A stretch of 64,000 nt of DNA from Candidatus Aenigmatarchaeota archaeon (lineage in GTDB: Archaea > Aenigmatarchaeota > Aenigmatarchaeia > CG10238-14 > SCSR01): assembly GCA_039000165.1 (NCBI GenBank), contig JAWBTW010000002.1, forward strand, positions 19,242 through 83,241, given 5' to 3'. The notes under the pieces were generated by a model that had not been told where the DNA came from, searched no databases, and saw only the letters and a program-made list of their open reading frames with translations. Each line of letters begins with the position of its first letter. The first letter of the stretch is position 1. Of the stretch, positions 1 to 10,457 are shown one piece after another. The position numbers and the translations under genes are program-made.

Positions 1-162
1 TAAACTTTTGTAATTTTTGATTATTTTTTCAGCTTCGCAACAAATTTTTTCTGCTTTTTTATAAAAATGTTCACTTCCAAAGAGAAATTTTTCAATCGAA
101 TGTAACTTCTCGTAGAAAATTATCAAGAATTTGTAAACTCTCAGTTTTGTTAGTTCCATCAT
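1..162 (-). CDS. Hypothetical protein, 5' part (runs off left edge)
   Basis: Manual translation from ATG at 162/159 (MMELTKLRVYKFLIIFYEKLHS...) is open to position 1; divergent from scpB. Confidence 0.4.
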   Translation of the reverse strand, partial: MMELTKLRVYKFLIIFYEKLHSIEKFLFGSEHFYKKAEKICCEAEKIIKNYKSL

Positions 163-222
163 AATTAAAATTTTGATTTCTATGCTTAAATTTTTCAAAA
201 AAAATTAAATATTTAAGAGAAA

Positions 223-729
223 ATGAACCTAAAAGCTTTACTTGAAGCTGCACTATTCGTTTCTGACAAACCTTTAAGCCTGGAAAAACTTTCAAAAGTA
301 GTTGGAATATGCTCAGAAGAAGAAGTTAAAAAGCTTTTAGAGGAGTTAAAAAAAGAGTTAAGTAAAGAAGAGAGAGGTATAGAATTGGTTGAAACACCAG
401 AAGGCTTTGAGTTGAGAGTTAAAAAAGAGTATAGGGAAAAAGTTGCTAAGCTTGCTCCTTTTGCTGATTTAAGTAATGGAATGATGAGAACTTTAGCAAT
501 AGTTGCTGTGAAGCAGCCTATAAAACAGTCTTTAATAGTAAAGTACCAAGGAAACAAGGCTTATGGTTATGTAGAAGCTCTAGAAAAAAAAGGTTTAATT
601 AAAACAGAAAAAGCCGGAAGAACAAAAATTATCACAACTACACCTGAATTTGAAAGATATTTTGGAAAAAGTACAGAGGAATTAAAAAAGATTCTAGAAG
701 AAAAAGTTTTAAGGGAAAAGAAAATATGA
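223..729 (+). CDS. scpB: SMC-Scp complex subunit ScpB
   Basis: LEAALFVSDKPLS, TLAIVAVKQPI and TTPEFERYFG motifs typical of ScpB. Confidence 0.92.
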   Translation: MNLKALLEAALFVSDKPLSLEKLSKVVGICSEEEVKKLLEELKKELSKEERGIELVETPEGFELRVKKEYREKVAKLAPFADLSNGMMRTLAIVAVKQPIKQSLIVKYQGNKAYGYVEALEKKGLIKTEKAGRTKIITTTPEFERYFGKSTEELKKILEEKVLREKKI

Positions 730-733
730 AAAA

Positions 734-1225
734 TTATTCTTGGTCTGGATACTTTTCCACTTCTTTTTTCTTTATTTCAAGCTTAACTCCTGCTTTTTTA
801 AAGAATTTTTTTGTCAAAGCTGAGTCGTGATAGTCTTTTTCTGCTACCACTCTTTTAATTCCTGCATTTATTATCATCTTTGCGCAGGTAAAGCAAGGTA
901 CAAATTTCACGTACAGAGTTGCATCTTTCGTGGAAACACCATGCAAAGCAGCTTGAACTATTGCGTTTTGTTCAGCATGAGTAGTTCTTATACAATGTTT
1001 TTTCTTTTTCCCTGTTACTGGATCTATAGTTTCAGTTAATAAGTGCCCAACATCATCGCAATGTGGTAAACCAGAAGGTGCCCCTACATAGCCTGTAGTT
1101 AAAATTCTTTTATCCTTGACTATAACTGCCCCGTTTCTTCCTCTATCGCATGTTGCTCTTGTGCCAACAACTTTCGCAATCTCCAGAAAATAATCATCCC
1201 AGCTTGGTCTTTTATATTTCTTCAT
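734..1225 (-). CDS. dCMP deaminase (cytidine/deoxycytidylate deaminase family)
   Basis: RPSWDDYF N-terminus, HAEQNA and PCFTC Zn-binding motifs. Confidence 0.9.
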   Translation of the reverse strand: MKKYKRPSWDDYFLEIAKVVGTRATCDRGRNGAVIVKDKRILTTGYVGAPSGLPHCDDVGHLLTETIDPVTGKKKKHCIRTTHAEQNAIVQAALHGVSTKDATLYVKFVPCFTCAKMIINAGIKRVVAEKDYHDSALTKKFFKKAGVKLEIKKKEVEKYPDQE

Positions 1226-1313
1226 AATCTTTTTTTAAGAAAAAAGAATTATTTAAAACTTTGCTTAGGTCAAAGCTTTAACTTTATTTTTTCTCAAATT
1301 TTATTTGATTAAA

Positions 1314-3203
1314 ATGAGTGGAGAAATAACAAGTTTGGATTTGAGGTTTTTGGTAAAAGAGCTTAAAGAAGCCTTAGAAGGAGGAAAAATTCAAGGGATT
1401 AAACAAGAAGGCAAAACATTTTTATTCGAAATATACAAAAAAGAAAGGTTTTTTCTTAAAGTTTTGCTTGATAAAGCAATTTATTTAACCAAAAAGAAGG
1501 AAAAATTCGAAAAAGCAACGAGTTTTTGTATGCAACTTAGAAAACATTTGTTAGGAAAAACTATAAGGAACGTTTTCCAAGTTGGTTTTGATAGAATTGT
1601 TGAGTTGGAAATTGATGGCTTAAGCTTAATTTTTGAAATTTTCGGGAATGGAAACTTAATTTTAGCAAATTCTTCTGGCTTGATAATAACTGCTTTCGAA
1701 AAAAGAGAGTGGAAAGATAGAAAAATAATACCAAAAGCTCTGTACAAGTACCCACCTTCTTGTATAAATCCTTTCGATAAAAACTTTTTTGATTTCCAAA
1801 AGTTTTTGAAAGAAAAAAAGAGCGAAATAGTCAAGGTTTTAGCTTCGGATTTTGGTTTATCAAGAAAGTACGCAGAAGAAATTTGTGAGAGATTAGGGTT
1901 TAAAAAAGAAAAAATCTGCTCAGAATTGGATCAAAGTGAAATTGATAAGCTGTTTAGATTTTTTGAAGAACTTAAAAATGTTGAGATTAAGCCACATGTT
2001 ATTCTAGAAAATAAAAAAATTATCGATTTTTTTCCTTTTGAAACAGAGAAATTTAAAAAAAATGAAAAAATTTACTTTGAAAACTTTAACCAAGCTATCG
2101 AAAGTTATTTCGAATTTTCCTTAGAATCTAAAAAGTTGGAAGAAAGATTAGAAGAATTTATGAAAAAAGAAGAAAAAATTAGAAGAATTTATGAAAAACA
2201 AGTAGCTCAGCTTGAAAAATTGAAAAAAAATTACGAAAAATACAGCAAAATTGGGAAAATCCTTTACGAAAAATATCAGTACTTCGATGTTTTTCTAAAG
2301 AAAATCGCTGAATTTATAGAAATGAAGCTAGGTTGGGAAGAGATTAAAGCAAAAATTAAGGCCTTCGATACAGAAAAAATTCTAAAAGAAATCGATGAAA
2401 CCAAAGCTACCATAAACTTTTTAATCGATGGAAATGAAATCCAGCTCGATTTTAGAAAAAGTTTAGAGGAAAATGCAAACTTTTATTTTGAAAAAGCAAA
2501 AAAAGTGAAAGAAAAGATTGAAAAATTGAAAAAAGCTCTTGAAAAAATAGAAATTGAAAAAGGGAAAAAAGAGGAAGAGAAGAAAAAAGAATGGTATGAA
2601 AGGTTTAGATGGTTTATAAGTAGTGATAATTTCTTAGTTATAGCCGGTAAAGATGCTAAAACTAACGAGGAAATAGTGAAAAAATACGCTAAAGAACAAG
2701 ATATAATCCTTCATGCAGACATTCATGGAGCACCTTTTGTTCTGATAAGAAATGAAAAGAAAAAAGAAGTACCATTAGAAACTATAATGGAAGCAGCAGA
2801 GTTTGCTGCCAGCTATTCAAAAGCATGGTTTTTGGGTTTGGGTAGCACAGATGTTTTTTATGTAAAGCCTGAACAAGTTGTAAAGGAAGCTTTACCCTTA
2901 GGAAGTTTCAAGATTAGAGGAAAAAGAGAATGGCTTAAGAAGGTTCCACTCAGGGTTTCGATTGGGCTAAAAATTGAAGATGGTATAAAAATCATAGCCG
3001 GACCAGTAACAGCAATAAAAAAACAAACTCCTTATATAGTTACTCTTTGTCCAGGAGATATTAACTCAGAGAAGTTAGCTAAGGAAATAAAGAGGGAGTT
3101 TTTATTAAAAGTTCCTTTTGAAGTAAAAAGCTTGGTTGAAAAAATAGATCTGGAAGAAATTAAAAGGCATATTCCTTACGGAAAGGGAAAATTGGTTCTA
3201 TGA
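1314..3203 (+). CDS. rqcH: Ribosome quality control protein RqcH/NEMF (NFACT)
   Basis: FCMQLRKHL, FDRIV, EIFGNGNLIL, WYERFRWFISSD, GKDAKTNE, HADIHGAP motifs; ATG at 1314. Confidence 0.9.
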   Translation: MSGEITSLDLRFLVKELKEALEGGKIQGIKQEGKTFLFEIYKKERFFLKVLLDKAIYLTKKKEKFEKATSFCMQLRKHLLGKTIRNVFQVGFDRIVELEIDGLSLIFEIFGNGNLILANSSGLIITAFEKREWKDRKIIPKALYKYPPSCINPFDKNFFDFQKFLKEKKSEIVKVLASDFGLSRKYAEEICERLGFKKEKICSELDQSEIDKLFRFFEELKNVEIKPHVILENKKIIDFFPFETEKFKKNEKIYFENFNQAIESYFEFSLESKKLEERLEEFMKKEEKIRRIYEKQVAQLEKLKKNYEKYSKIGKILYEKYQYFDVFLKKIAEFIEMKLGWEEIKAKIKAFDTEKILKEIDETKATINFLIDGNEIQLDFRKSLEENANFYFEKAKKVKEKIEKLKKALEKIEIEKGKKEEEKKKEWYERFRWFISSDNFLVIAGKDAKTNEEIVKKYAKEQDIILHADIHGAPFVLIRNEKKKEVPLETIMEAAEFAASYSKAWFLGLGSTDVFYVKPEQVVKEALPLGSFKIRGKREWLKKVPLRVSIGLKIEDGIKIIAGPVTAIKKQTPYIVTLCPGDINSEKLAKEIKREFLLKVPFEVKSLVEKIDLEEIKRHIPYGKGKLVL

Positions 3204-3335
3204 ACTCTTCTTGGATTCTAAGAATAGAGGTCCTCTATAGCCACATTTTCTACATTCATAGACTTGACCTAACCAAGGCAAATAGTTTAACTCTTTACTT
3301 TTACAAAAAGCACATCTCAAAACTCTTTTAAGCAT
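3198..3335 (-). CDS. Small Zn-ribbon protein (45 aa)
   Basis: MLKRVLRCAFCKS...YECRKCGYRG with two CxxC motifs; ATG at 3335. Confidence 0.7.
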   Translation of the reverse strand: MLKRVLRCAFCKSKELNYLPWLGQVYECRKCGYRGPLFLESKKSS

Positions 3336-3366
3336 ATTTATTAGTTGAAAGTTAAAGATTAATTTG

Positions 3367-4194
3367 ATGGTTTTCGTAGTAAAAGCTGATGGAAGAAAGG
3401 AAGAGTTCAAAAAAGAAAAAGTTATAAGAACATGTTTAAGGATGGGAGCTTCTCAAGAACAGGCAGAAATAATAGCTAGAGAAATCGAGAAAAGAATCCG
3501 TGAAGAAATAGAAACAAGAAAAATCCTTAAGATGATTTTCAAGTTCTTACAAAAATTTAAACCAGAAATAAAGCATCAAATAGACTTGAGAGAGGCTATT
3601 TCTCTACTTAATCCTAAACCCGATTTTGAGAGGTTTGTTCAACTTCTTTTAAAAGAGCACGGTTATGAAGTTATTCCAAATCAAATAGTTGAAGGATATT
3701 GCGTTGACCATGAAATTGATGCTATAGCAAAAAGAGACGGTCAAACATTCTTAGTTGAGATTAAACATCATGTTAACCACCATGGTTACACTGGAAAAGA
3801 TGTTTTTCTTGAGGCCCAAGCTATTCTTGAAGATTTGAAAGAAGGAAGAAAAGTAGGCAAAAATTCTTTAGATTTAACCAAAATTTTAATAGTTTGCAAT
3901 ACTAAATTTTCTGACCATGCAAAAAAGTACGCTTTATGCAAAGGGATTGATTTTATAGGCTGGAATTATCCAGAAGAAAAAGGCCTTGAAAGGCTTATAG
4001 AAGAGAAAAAACTTTATCCTATAACCATTCTGAAAGGCCTGGATGAAAGGACAAAAGAAAAAATAACAAACGCAGGAATAATTTTGCTCAAACAACTCAT
4101 TGAAGAAAGAATAGAAGAGCTTAGAAATAAAACAAAAATACCCAAGAAAAAATTGCTAGTTTTAAGACAGAAAGCTAAGGAAATCTTAACTTGA
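3367..4194 (+). CDS. ATP-cone domain + Mrr-like PD-(D/E)xK endonuclease protein
   Basis: VVKADGRKEEF ATP-cone start; FERFV...HEIDAIA...VEIKHH nuclease motif. Confidence 0.8.
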   Translation: MVFVVKADGRKEEFKKEKVIRTCLRMGASQEQAEIIAREIEKRIREEIETRKILKMIFKFLQKFKPEIKHQIDLREAISLLNPKPDFERFVQLLLKEHGYEVIPNQIVEGYCVDHEIDAIAKRDGQTFLVEIKHHVNHHGYTGKDVFLEAQAILEDLKEGRKVGKNSLDLTKILIVCNTKFSDHAKKYALCKGIDFIGWNYPEEKGLERLIEEKKLYPITILKGLDERTKEKITNAGIILLKQLIEERIEELRNKTKIPKKKLLVLRQKAKEILT

Positions 4195-4229
4195 TAAATT
4201 TTAATTTAACTTAAAAAAATAATTAAATT

Positions 4230-4691
4230 ATGGAAAAAAGCTTCTATCTGGTAATTATTTTAACCATAATTATTACCGCCTTTTTTGAAATAATATTTCA
4301 ACTAACCTATAAAACGAATCCTGCCATTTCTTATATACAATTCTACTCAACTTTTACGGTCCTTGGTTTTTTAGCTTCCTTTACATCTTTGAGGATGTAT
4401 AAAGTTTTTTTCAAAACTAAAGAAATTTCTACAGTTAACTTTATGCTAGAACCTAAAAAGCTAAAGGAAGAAATTAAATTTTTACGTAGTTCGCTAATCG
4501 TAGTTTTTATAGGTTGGATTTGTTATGTTGTAGAAATGTGTGTAGAGAATGTTTTCCCAGAGTTATTTTTTAAGTACGAAATAGTTTTTTCAATCTTGTA
4601 CAATTCCTACATTTTTTCCTCTATTTTGCTAGCTCTTACTCTTATTGCCATCTTAAACAATTGGAGGAGGAGGATTTCGGCTTATGCTTGA
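4230..4691 (+). CDS. Hypothetical membrane protein (~4 TM)
   Basis: Four hydrophobic stretches; overlaps next gene. Confidence 0.65.
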   Translation: MEKSFYLVIILTIIITAFFEIIFQLTYKTNPAISYIQFYSTFTVLGFLASFTSLRMYKVFFKTKEISTVNFMLEPKKLKEEIKFLRSSLIVVFIGWICYVVEMCVENVFPELFFKYEIVFSILYNSYIFSSILLALTLIAILNNWRRRISAYA

Positions 4692-5127
4692 AAAAGTAAA
4701 GAGTTTTACTTTTTTCAACTTAATTTTTATGCTCGCTATTATTGTGATAAGCGCATTGATAGAATATTACAATGTTCGGTATTTTTTCAACTTCTTAGCT
4801 TCTTTTGCCATTATAATTATTTCAAGTATAGCAGCATACTTCGGTAAAAAGTTTTTAGAAAATTTTGAAAAAAATGAACAGTATGTAGCTACTCTAATAT
4901 TCATACACCCAAAGATTAGAGAAAGTTTTAAGATAATGTTTTTAGCTACTTTTGTTTTCGGAATAATGTGGAGCTTTTTACTATTGAGATTTGTTTTTTC
5001 CTTACAGAACATTTTTCAACATTTAATTGTGATACTAGATATAGCTCACCTGTTTTCAACTTACTTTGTGCCTCTTTCTATAGCTTATTTTTTCAAAAAC
5101 CTTTATGAAATAACAAAAAGTGATTGA
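4684..5127 (+). CDS. Hypothetical membrane protein (~4 TM)
   Basis: Hydrophobic pattern like the upstream gene; abuts roadblock gene. Confidence 0.65.
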   Translation: MLEKVKSFTFFNLIFMLAIIVISALIEYYNVRYFFNFLASFAIIIISSIAAYFGKKFLENFEKNEQYVATLIFIHPKIRESFKIMFLATFVFGIMWSFLLLRFVFSLQNIFQHLIVILDIAHLFSTYFVPLSIAYFFKNLYEITKSD

Positions 5128-5499
5128 ATGGAATTAAAAAGCGAATTAGAAGGGGTGTTAAAGGAAATAAAAATGATAGAAGGAGTTAGAGGAGCAATAA
5201 TAGCTAAAAATGATGGACTACTGATAGCTTCTTACCTTCCTTCTGGTCTTAACGCTAAGCTTCTAGCTGCTTTGGCTGCAGCAATAACAAAAAGCTCTTT
5301 CGTATCGACAAAAGAACTTGGAATGGGAAGCTTTACTCATACAATAGTAAAAGCTTCTAACGGTTATTATGTGTGTTTCCCTGTTGATAGCGAGATGATT
5401 TTAGCATGTTTACTTGAAAAAGATGCTAACTTAGGGATGGTTTTGATAAAGATGGAAAAGAGTATAAAGGAAGTGGTGAATGTACTAAGAAGTATTTAA
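5128..5499 (+). CDS. Roadblock/LC7 (MglB-like) domain protein
   Basis: GVRGAIIAKNDGLLIAS, LAALAAAI, ANLGMV motifs. Confidence 0.88.
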   Translation: MELKSELEGVLKEIKMIEGVRGAIIAKNDGLLIASYLPSGLNAKLLAALAAAITKSSFVSTKELGMGSFTHTIVKASNGYYVCFPVDSEMILACLLEKDANLGMVLIKMEKSIKEVVNVLRSI

Positions 5500-5675
5500 T
5501 AAACTGAAACATTTACACTTGCTATTTTTCCTTCTTCTATCTTAACTTTTCCAATAAAATAAAAATTTTCTCTTTGGTTTGGAGAAATTTTTGGGAAAAA
5601 GGCTGTGAGGGAAGAAAAAAAGTTTAGTATTAGTAAAAAAAGAAAAACAAACAAAATTACGAGCAAGAGTTTCAT
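5496..5675 (-). CDS. Small secreted or membrane-anchored protein (59 aa), not in ORF track
   Basis: MKLLLVILFVFLFLLILNFFSSLTAFFPK...VNVSVY; follows the 5683 gene and has a signal-peptide-like start. Confidence 0.55.
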   Translation of the reverse strand: MKLLLVILFVFLFLLILNFFSSLTAFFPKISPNQRENFYFIGKVKIEEGKIASVNVSVY

Positions 5676-5682
5676 GTTATCA

Positions 5683-6087
5683 CTAGAACTTTGCTATAAC
5701 ATCATAGCTCCCAGCATAAGCTAAGCCGCAGAAGCTTCCGTTTTCTTGTATTTGAGAAGGAAGTACTTTGAAAGCATAGCCCCAAGTGTCGTTGTAGTAA
5801 ACAGAAGTTTTACAAGTGCTGAAAGTAATGTTTTCTGGGATCTCAAGATAAGTCCCAGTTGATTTGTAGTAGCTAGGTAAAGTGCCTTCTGGAACTAACC
5901 ATATTTCTTTTGGTGGCCATACGTATTCTCCAAGCTTAAAATTTATACTCCCTCTTATCATTCCAAAAGAAGCTAACAATTCCTTGTTCCCTATCTCTAC
6001 TATTTCGCCTTCCCTTATGCTAGCTTTAAGGGAATGTACCGCTGGTATCAACAAAAGAAAAAACAAAGCCAAACTTATCCTTTTCAT
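5683..6087 (-). CDS. Secreted hypothetical protein
   Basis: N-terminal signal peptide MKRISLALFFLLLIPAVHS. Confidence 0.6.
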   Translation of the reverse strand: MKRISLALFFLLLIPAVHSLKASIREGEIVEIGNKELLASFGMIRGSINFKLGEYVWPPKEIWLVPEGTLPSYYKSTGTYLEIPENITFSTCKTSVYYNDTWGYAFKVLPSQIQENGSFCGLAYAGSYDVIAKF

Positions 6088-6131
6088 ACTTTATGAGTTT
6101 ATTGGAAAATGGATAAAAGTTTCTTACCTCT

Positions 6132-6758
6132 TTAAGTAGTAAATTTCAAATTTTTTGATTCATACTTACAAAATTTCACGATTGGACACAAATAGCATCT
6201 TGGTTTTGCTCTACAAATTTCTTTACCAAATTCAACAAAAAGACTATTTATTATTAGCCTATACTTTTGGGGAACAATTTTGTGTAAATCTTCCCTTATT
6301 TTTTCTGGTTTATCATTTTTTGTCCATCCTAATCTTTTTGAAATTGTAGCTACATGCGTATCAACAGCAATTACTGGCATACCGAAAGAATAAGAAAGAA
6401 CAACATCAGCAGTTTTTGGACCAACTCCTGGAAGTTTCATAAGTTCATTTCTTGAAGAAGGAACCTTTCCCTCATACTTTTCAATAATAATCTTGCTCAC
6501 TTCCTTGATTCTCTTTGCTTTTTGTCTGTAGAAACCTACTTCTTTAATCAAATTTGCAATTTCTTTTTCATCCAACTTCAAAATTTTTTCTGGGGTATCT
6601 GCTTTTGAGAAAAGTTTTCGCCAGGCTTGAGAAGTTTTCTCATCCCTAGTTCTTTGTGAAAGAATAGTACCGATAAGAAGCTTAAAAGGCTCTTCTCTCC
6701 AAGGCTTAATCTTGTATTTTTCGTTGAGTATGGTAATTATTTTCTCAACACTGCTCAC
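6132..6758 (-). CDS. nth: Endonuclease III
   Basis: LSQRT, HhH motif LPGVGPKTA, VDTHV, C-terminal Cys cluster for 4Fe-4S. Confidence 0.93.
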   Translation of the reverse strand: MSSVEKIITILNEKYKIKPWREEPFKLLIGTILSQRTRDEKTSQAWRKLFSKADTPEKILKLDEKEIANLIKEVGFYRQKAKRIKEVSKIIIEKYEGKVPSSRNELMKLPGVGPKTADVVLSYSFGMPVIAVDTHVATISKRLGWTKNDKPEKIREDLHKIVPQKYRLIINSLFVEFGKEICRAKPRCYLCPIVKFCKYESKNLKFTT

Positions 6759-6766
6759 AAGAATAA

Positions 6767-7057
6767 TTATTGTTCAGAATATAAAATTTGCATCATTTGA
6801 TGATATATCTTGAGAAATCTTTTTCCTTTTTCTGTTATTTGGTAAGTTATAGGTGAATTTTTCTGCTCGAGTAAACCACAGCTTAAAACCCTTCTAAGGT
6901 AACGTTCAAGTTGAGTAAAGCTTAAGTTGGCCTTGTACATTATATGTGTTTTGTTTATTGGTCTTGAGGCGAGAGATAGTATATCTGCTATTATTTTAAA
7001 TTCTTCTCTACGCGTTTCTTTCTCTTCTTTTGCAAGATTGTTTTTTAAATAAAGCAT
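6767..7057 (-). CDS. Winged helix-turn-helix regulator
   Basis: KTHIMYKANLSF...YQITEKGKRFL, typical small archaeal wHTH. Confidence 0.85.
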   Translation of the reverse strand: MLYLKNNLAKEEKETRREEFKIIADILSLASRPINKTHIMYKANLSFTQLERYLRRVLSCGLLEQKNSPITYQITEKGKRFLKIYHQMMQILYSEQ

Positions 7058-7191
7058 TTTTTGAATTTGGGTTCAAAGATTTTTAAGCTTTTTGGGTAAA
7101 AAAGATTTAAGAGCAAGACTTATTTTATTATTATTGTTTTTATGGTTAAGCAAATCTATATTATATTCTCCAGAAATGTTTAGTGGTAATT

Positions 7192-9990
7192 ATGGTTTTT
7201 GAGCTACTCAATCCCCAACTGAGAAAAATTATAGAAAAAAGGTTTAAGCAACCAACCTTACCACAAAAACTTGCAATTCCACCTATTTTAGAAGGAAAAA
7301 ATGTCTTAGTTATTGCGCCTACAGGTACAGGAAAAACTGAAAGTTGCATGCTTCCTTTATTTCATTTTCTTATGGAAAAAAAACCTAAGCCTATAAGTAT
7401 TCTTTACATTACTCCCCTAAAAGCCCTTAATCGAGACCTCCTTGAAAGGCTTTTATGGTGGTGTAATGAAATTGGAATAGAGGCTTCTGTTAGACATGGT
7501 GATACAAGCTCTTATGAAAGAAAGTTGCAAGTAGAGTTTCCTCCTTCTCTACTTATAACAACTCCGGAAACTTTACAAGCAATTTTGCCTGGGAAAAAAA
7601 TAAGGGAACATTTGAGTAATGTAAAATGGGTAGTAATAGATGAAGTGCATGAAATAGCTGACTCAAAAAGAGGAACGCAATTGAGTCTAGCCCTAGAAAG
7701 ATTGAGAGAAATTTGTAAAGACTTTCAGGTTATAGGGTTAAGCGCAACCGTAGGTTCACCAGAAAAAGTTGCAAAGTTCATATCGCCTAACAAACCGATA
7801 GAAATTATAAAAGCGACTTTTCCAAAAGGGATGAAAATAAAGGTAGTATATCCAAAGCCTGAGCTTAAAGACAAAAAAATAAGCGAGAAAATAGTTGCTT
7901 CTCCAGAAACTGCTGCAAGACTTAGGTTTATAATGGAAATGATCAAAAAATCACGTTCAGCTTTGACCTTTACTAACACAAGAGAGTTTGCTGAAATTTT
8001 AGCATCAAGAGTTAAAGCAATAGATAAAAACTTTCCCGTAGGTGTTCATCATTCAAGCCTGAGCAAAGAAGTTAGAATCAAAACTGAGAAAGAATTCAAG
8101 CAAGAAAAAATAAAAGCAATAATCTCAACAAGCTCTTTACAACTTGGAATAGATGTGGGTAGCGTGGATTTAGTTCTTCAGTACATGAGCCCTAGACAAG
8201 TAACACAACTAATTCAAAGAGTTGGAAGAAGCGGACATGAAGTTGAAAGAATGGCTAAAGGTATAGTAATTTCAACAGATGAAGATGATATTTTTGAGTC
8301 TGCAGTAATAGCAAGAAAAGCCTTAAAAGAAGAGCTTGAAGAATTGAAGTTTTATGAAAATTCTTACGATGTTTTAGCTCATCAAATAGTTGGCCTAACC
8401 CATGATTTCTGGAAAATAGAAGTAGAGAAAGCTTACCAAATAGTAAAAAGAGCATTTCCTTACAGGAATTTGAGCTACACAGAATTTTTAGAAGTTTGTA
8501 AGCAACTTCAACAACTCGGTTTGATATTCTTAGATAAAGAAATAAGGAAGAAAAGAAGAGGTTTTGAATATTACTTTTCACAACTTTCAACGATTCCTGA
8601 CGTGAAACAATACAAAATATTTAACGCCTTAGACAACAGTTTTGTTGGAGTCTTAGACGAGGAATTTGTTGCCTTGCATGCTCAAGTCGGGAATAGTTTT
8701 ATAGTTAAAGGTGAGGCTTGGAGAATTCTTGATATTAAAGAGGATAAGATATTGGTAGAGCCAACTGTTGATGTAGAAGCTGCCATTCCTGCATGGGAAG
8801 GTGAGCTGATTCCTGTACCTTTTGAAGTTGCTCAAGAAGTTGGAAGGTTAAGAAGCCTAATTGCAAACCTGCTTGAAAAAGGAGAAGAAGAAACAACCAA
8901 AAAAATTTTGGAGCTTTATCCTGTGGATGAAAATTGCGCTAGGGAGATGATAGAAACAATAAAAAAACAGCTAAATTATGGTGTTATTCCAGATGATCGA
9001 ACAATTCTTGTAGAAGATTATGAGAATACTATAATAATTCATGCTTGTTTTGGTTCCTTAATTAACGAAACTCTTGGTAGGTTTATTTCTGCCTTATTAG
9101 CACCAAGGATTGGCTCGGTAGGTTTGAAAACTGATCCGTACAGAATAATCCTTCAGCTACAGATTAAAAATCTTGAAGTTATTAAAGAAATAATTTTCAA
9201 TTCCAATCCGAAATTATTAAGAAGTTACCTAGAAATTAGTCTGACAAAAAGTGATTTGTTCGAGTGGAAGTTTGTTCACGTGGCAAAAAGGTTTGGTGTA
9301 ATAGCAAAAGATGCAGAATATGGAAAAACTACAATAAAAAGAATAATAGAAGATTATGTTGGTTCACCTATATTCAAAGAAACATTAAAAGAATTGGAAA
9401 CAGAGAAGCTTGATATAGAGAAAACCAAAGAAATACTCAAAAAAATCCAAACTGGAGAAATAAAAGTGGTTTTTAAGCAAGGATTATCATTCTTAGGAAA
9501 AGTTGGTTTAAGACATAAGTATTTGGAAGTTCTTGGTCCCTCAAAACCCGAGCAAGAAATTTTTAGACTTTTTAAACAAAGACTTCTAAGCACCAAATTA
9601 AGATTTGTTTGTTTGAATTGTGGAGAATGGAGCCAAACTTTTGTTTTAAAGAATGTTCCTGAAGACTTGAAATGTAAAAAATGTGAAGCTAGATTGCTTG
9701 GAATAACTAGAAGTACTAATCAAAAAATATTGAAGATAGTAAAGAAAAAGTTAAGAAACCTTGGGATAACAAAAGATGAGGAAAAACAACTTGAAAGAAT
9801 AAGAAAAACTGCAGATTTGTTCTTAACTTATGGTAAAAAAGCTGCTTACTGTTTGGCAGGGAAAGGTATAGGTCCGGACACCGCAATAAAAATATTGTCA
9901 AAGTTTCATAAAAATGAAGAGGAACTTTTCAAAAGCATATTGGAAGCGGAAAGGAATTACTTAAAGACAAGAAGGTACTGGAGTGTTTAA
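7192..9990 (+). CDS. lhr: Lhr-family ATP-dependent DEXH helicase
   Basis: APTGTGKT, DEVH, SAT, QRVGRSGH motifs and C-terminal Zn finger. Confidence 0.9.
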   Translation: MVFELLNPQLRKIIEKRFKQPTLPQKLAIPPILEGKNVLVIAPTGTGKTESCMLPLFHFLMEKKPKPISILYITPLKALNRDLLERLLWWCNEIGIEASVRHGDTSSYERKLQVEFPPSLLITTPETLQAILPGKKIREHLSNVKWVVIDEVHEIADSKRGTQLSLALERLREICKDFQVIGLSATVGSPEKVAKFISPNKPIEIIKATFPKGMKIKVVYPKPELKDKKISEKIVASPETAARLRFIMEMIKKSRSALTFTNTREFAEILASRVKAIDKNFPVGVHHSSLSKEVRIKTEKEFKQEKIKAIISTSSLQLGIDVGSVDLVLQYMSPRQVTQLIQRVGRSGHEVERMAKGIVISTDEDDIFESAVIARKALKEELEELKFYENSYDVLAHQIVGLTHDFWKIEVEKAYQIVKRAFPYRNLSYTEFLEVCKQLQQLGLIFLDKEIRKKRRGFEYYFSQLSTIPDVKQYKIFNALDNSFVGVLDEEFVALHAQVGNSFIVKGEAWRILDIKEDKILVEPTVDVEAAIPAWEGELIPVPFEVAQEVGRLRSLIANLLEKGEEETTKKILELYPVDENCAREMIETIKKQLNYGVIPDDRTILVEDYENTIIIHACFGSLINETLGRFISALLAPRIGSVGLKTDPYRIILQLQIKNLEVIKEIIFNSNPKLLRSYLEISLTKSDLFEWKFVHVAKRFGVIAKDAEYGKTTIKRIIEDYVGSPIFKETLKELETEKLDIEKTKEILKKIQTGEIKVVFKQGLSFLGKVGLRHKYLEVLGPSKPEQEIFRLFKQRLLSTKLRFVCLNCGEWSQTFVLKNVPEDLKCKKCEARLLGITRSTNQKILKIVKKKLRNLGITKDEEKQLERIRKTADLFLTYGKKAAYCLAGKGIGPDTAIKILSKFHKNEEELFKSILEAERNYLKTRRYWSV

Positions 9991-10021
9991 AGATAAATAC
10001 CTAGTTTGATTAAATTAAATT

Positions 10022-10426
10022 ATGGAAGAACTTGAGATGATACTTAAGTTGCTTCTCTCTGTTTTTCTTGGTAGTTTGATTGGTTATGAAAGACAAATAA
10101 GGGCAAAGCCTGCAGGTTTAAGAACTCATATGCTGATTTGTTTGGGTTCAACTCTTTTAACGATAATGTCTTTAACTGCTTTTCCTAATGCTGACACTTC
10201 AAGAATGGCAGCTTATATAATAGTTGGAATAGGTTTTATCGGTGGTGGCACAATTTTCCAGTTCAAAGATAAGGTTATTGGTCTAACCACAGCAGCCTCT
10301 TTATGGGTTGTTGCTTCGATAGGAATAGCTGTAGGTGTGGGTTATTATTTGTTAGCAAGTATATCCACTTTGATAGTTTACATAATTCTAAGACTTAGTG
10401 TGATAGAAAACGGAATAAAAGGATAA
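10022..10426 (+). CDS. MgtC/SapB family membrane protein
   Basis: IGYER...AGLRTH, GIGFIGGG, GLTTAASLW. Confidence 0.92.
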   Translation: MEELEMILKLLLSVFLGSLIGYERQIRAKPAGLRTHMLICLGSTLLTIMSLTAFPNADTSRMAAYIIVGIGFIGGGTIFQFKDKVIGLTTAASLWVVASIGIAVGVGYYLLASISTLIVYIILRLSVIENGIKG

Positions 10427-10457
10427 AAATTTATTTATCCCATGCCTTAAAAAAAAT

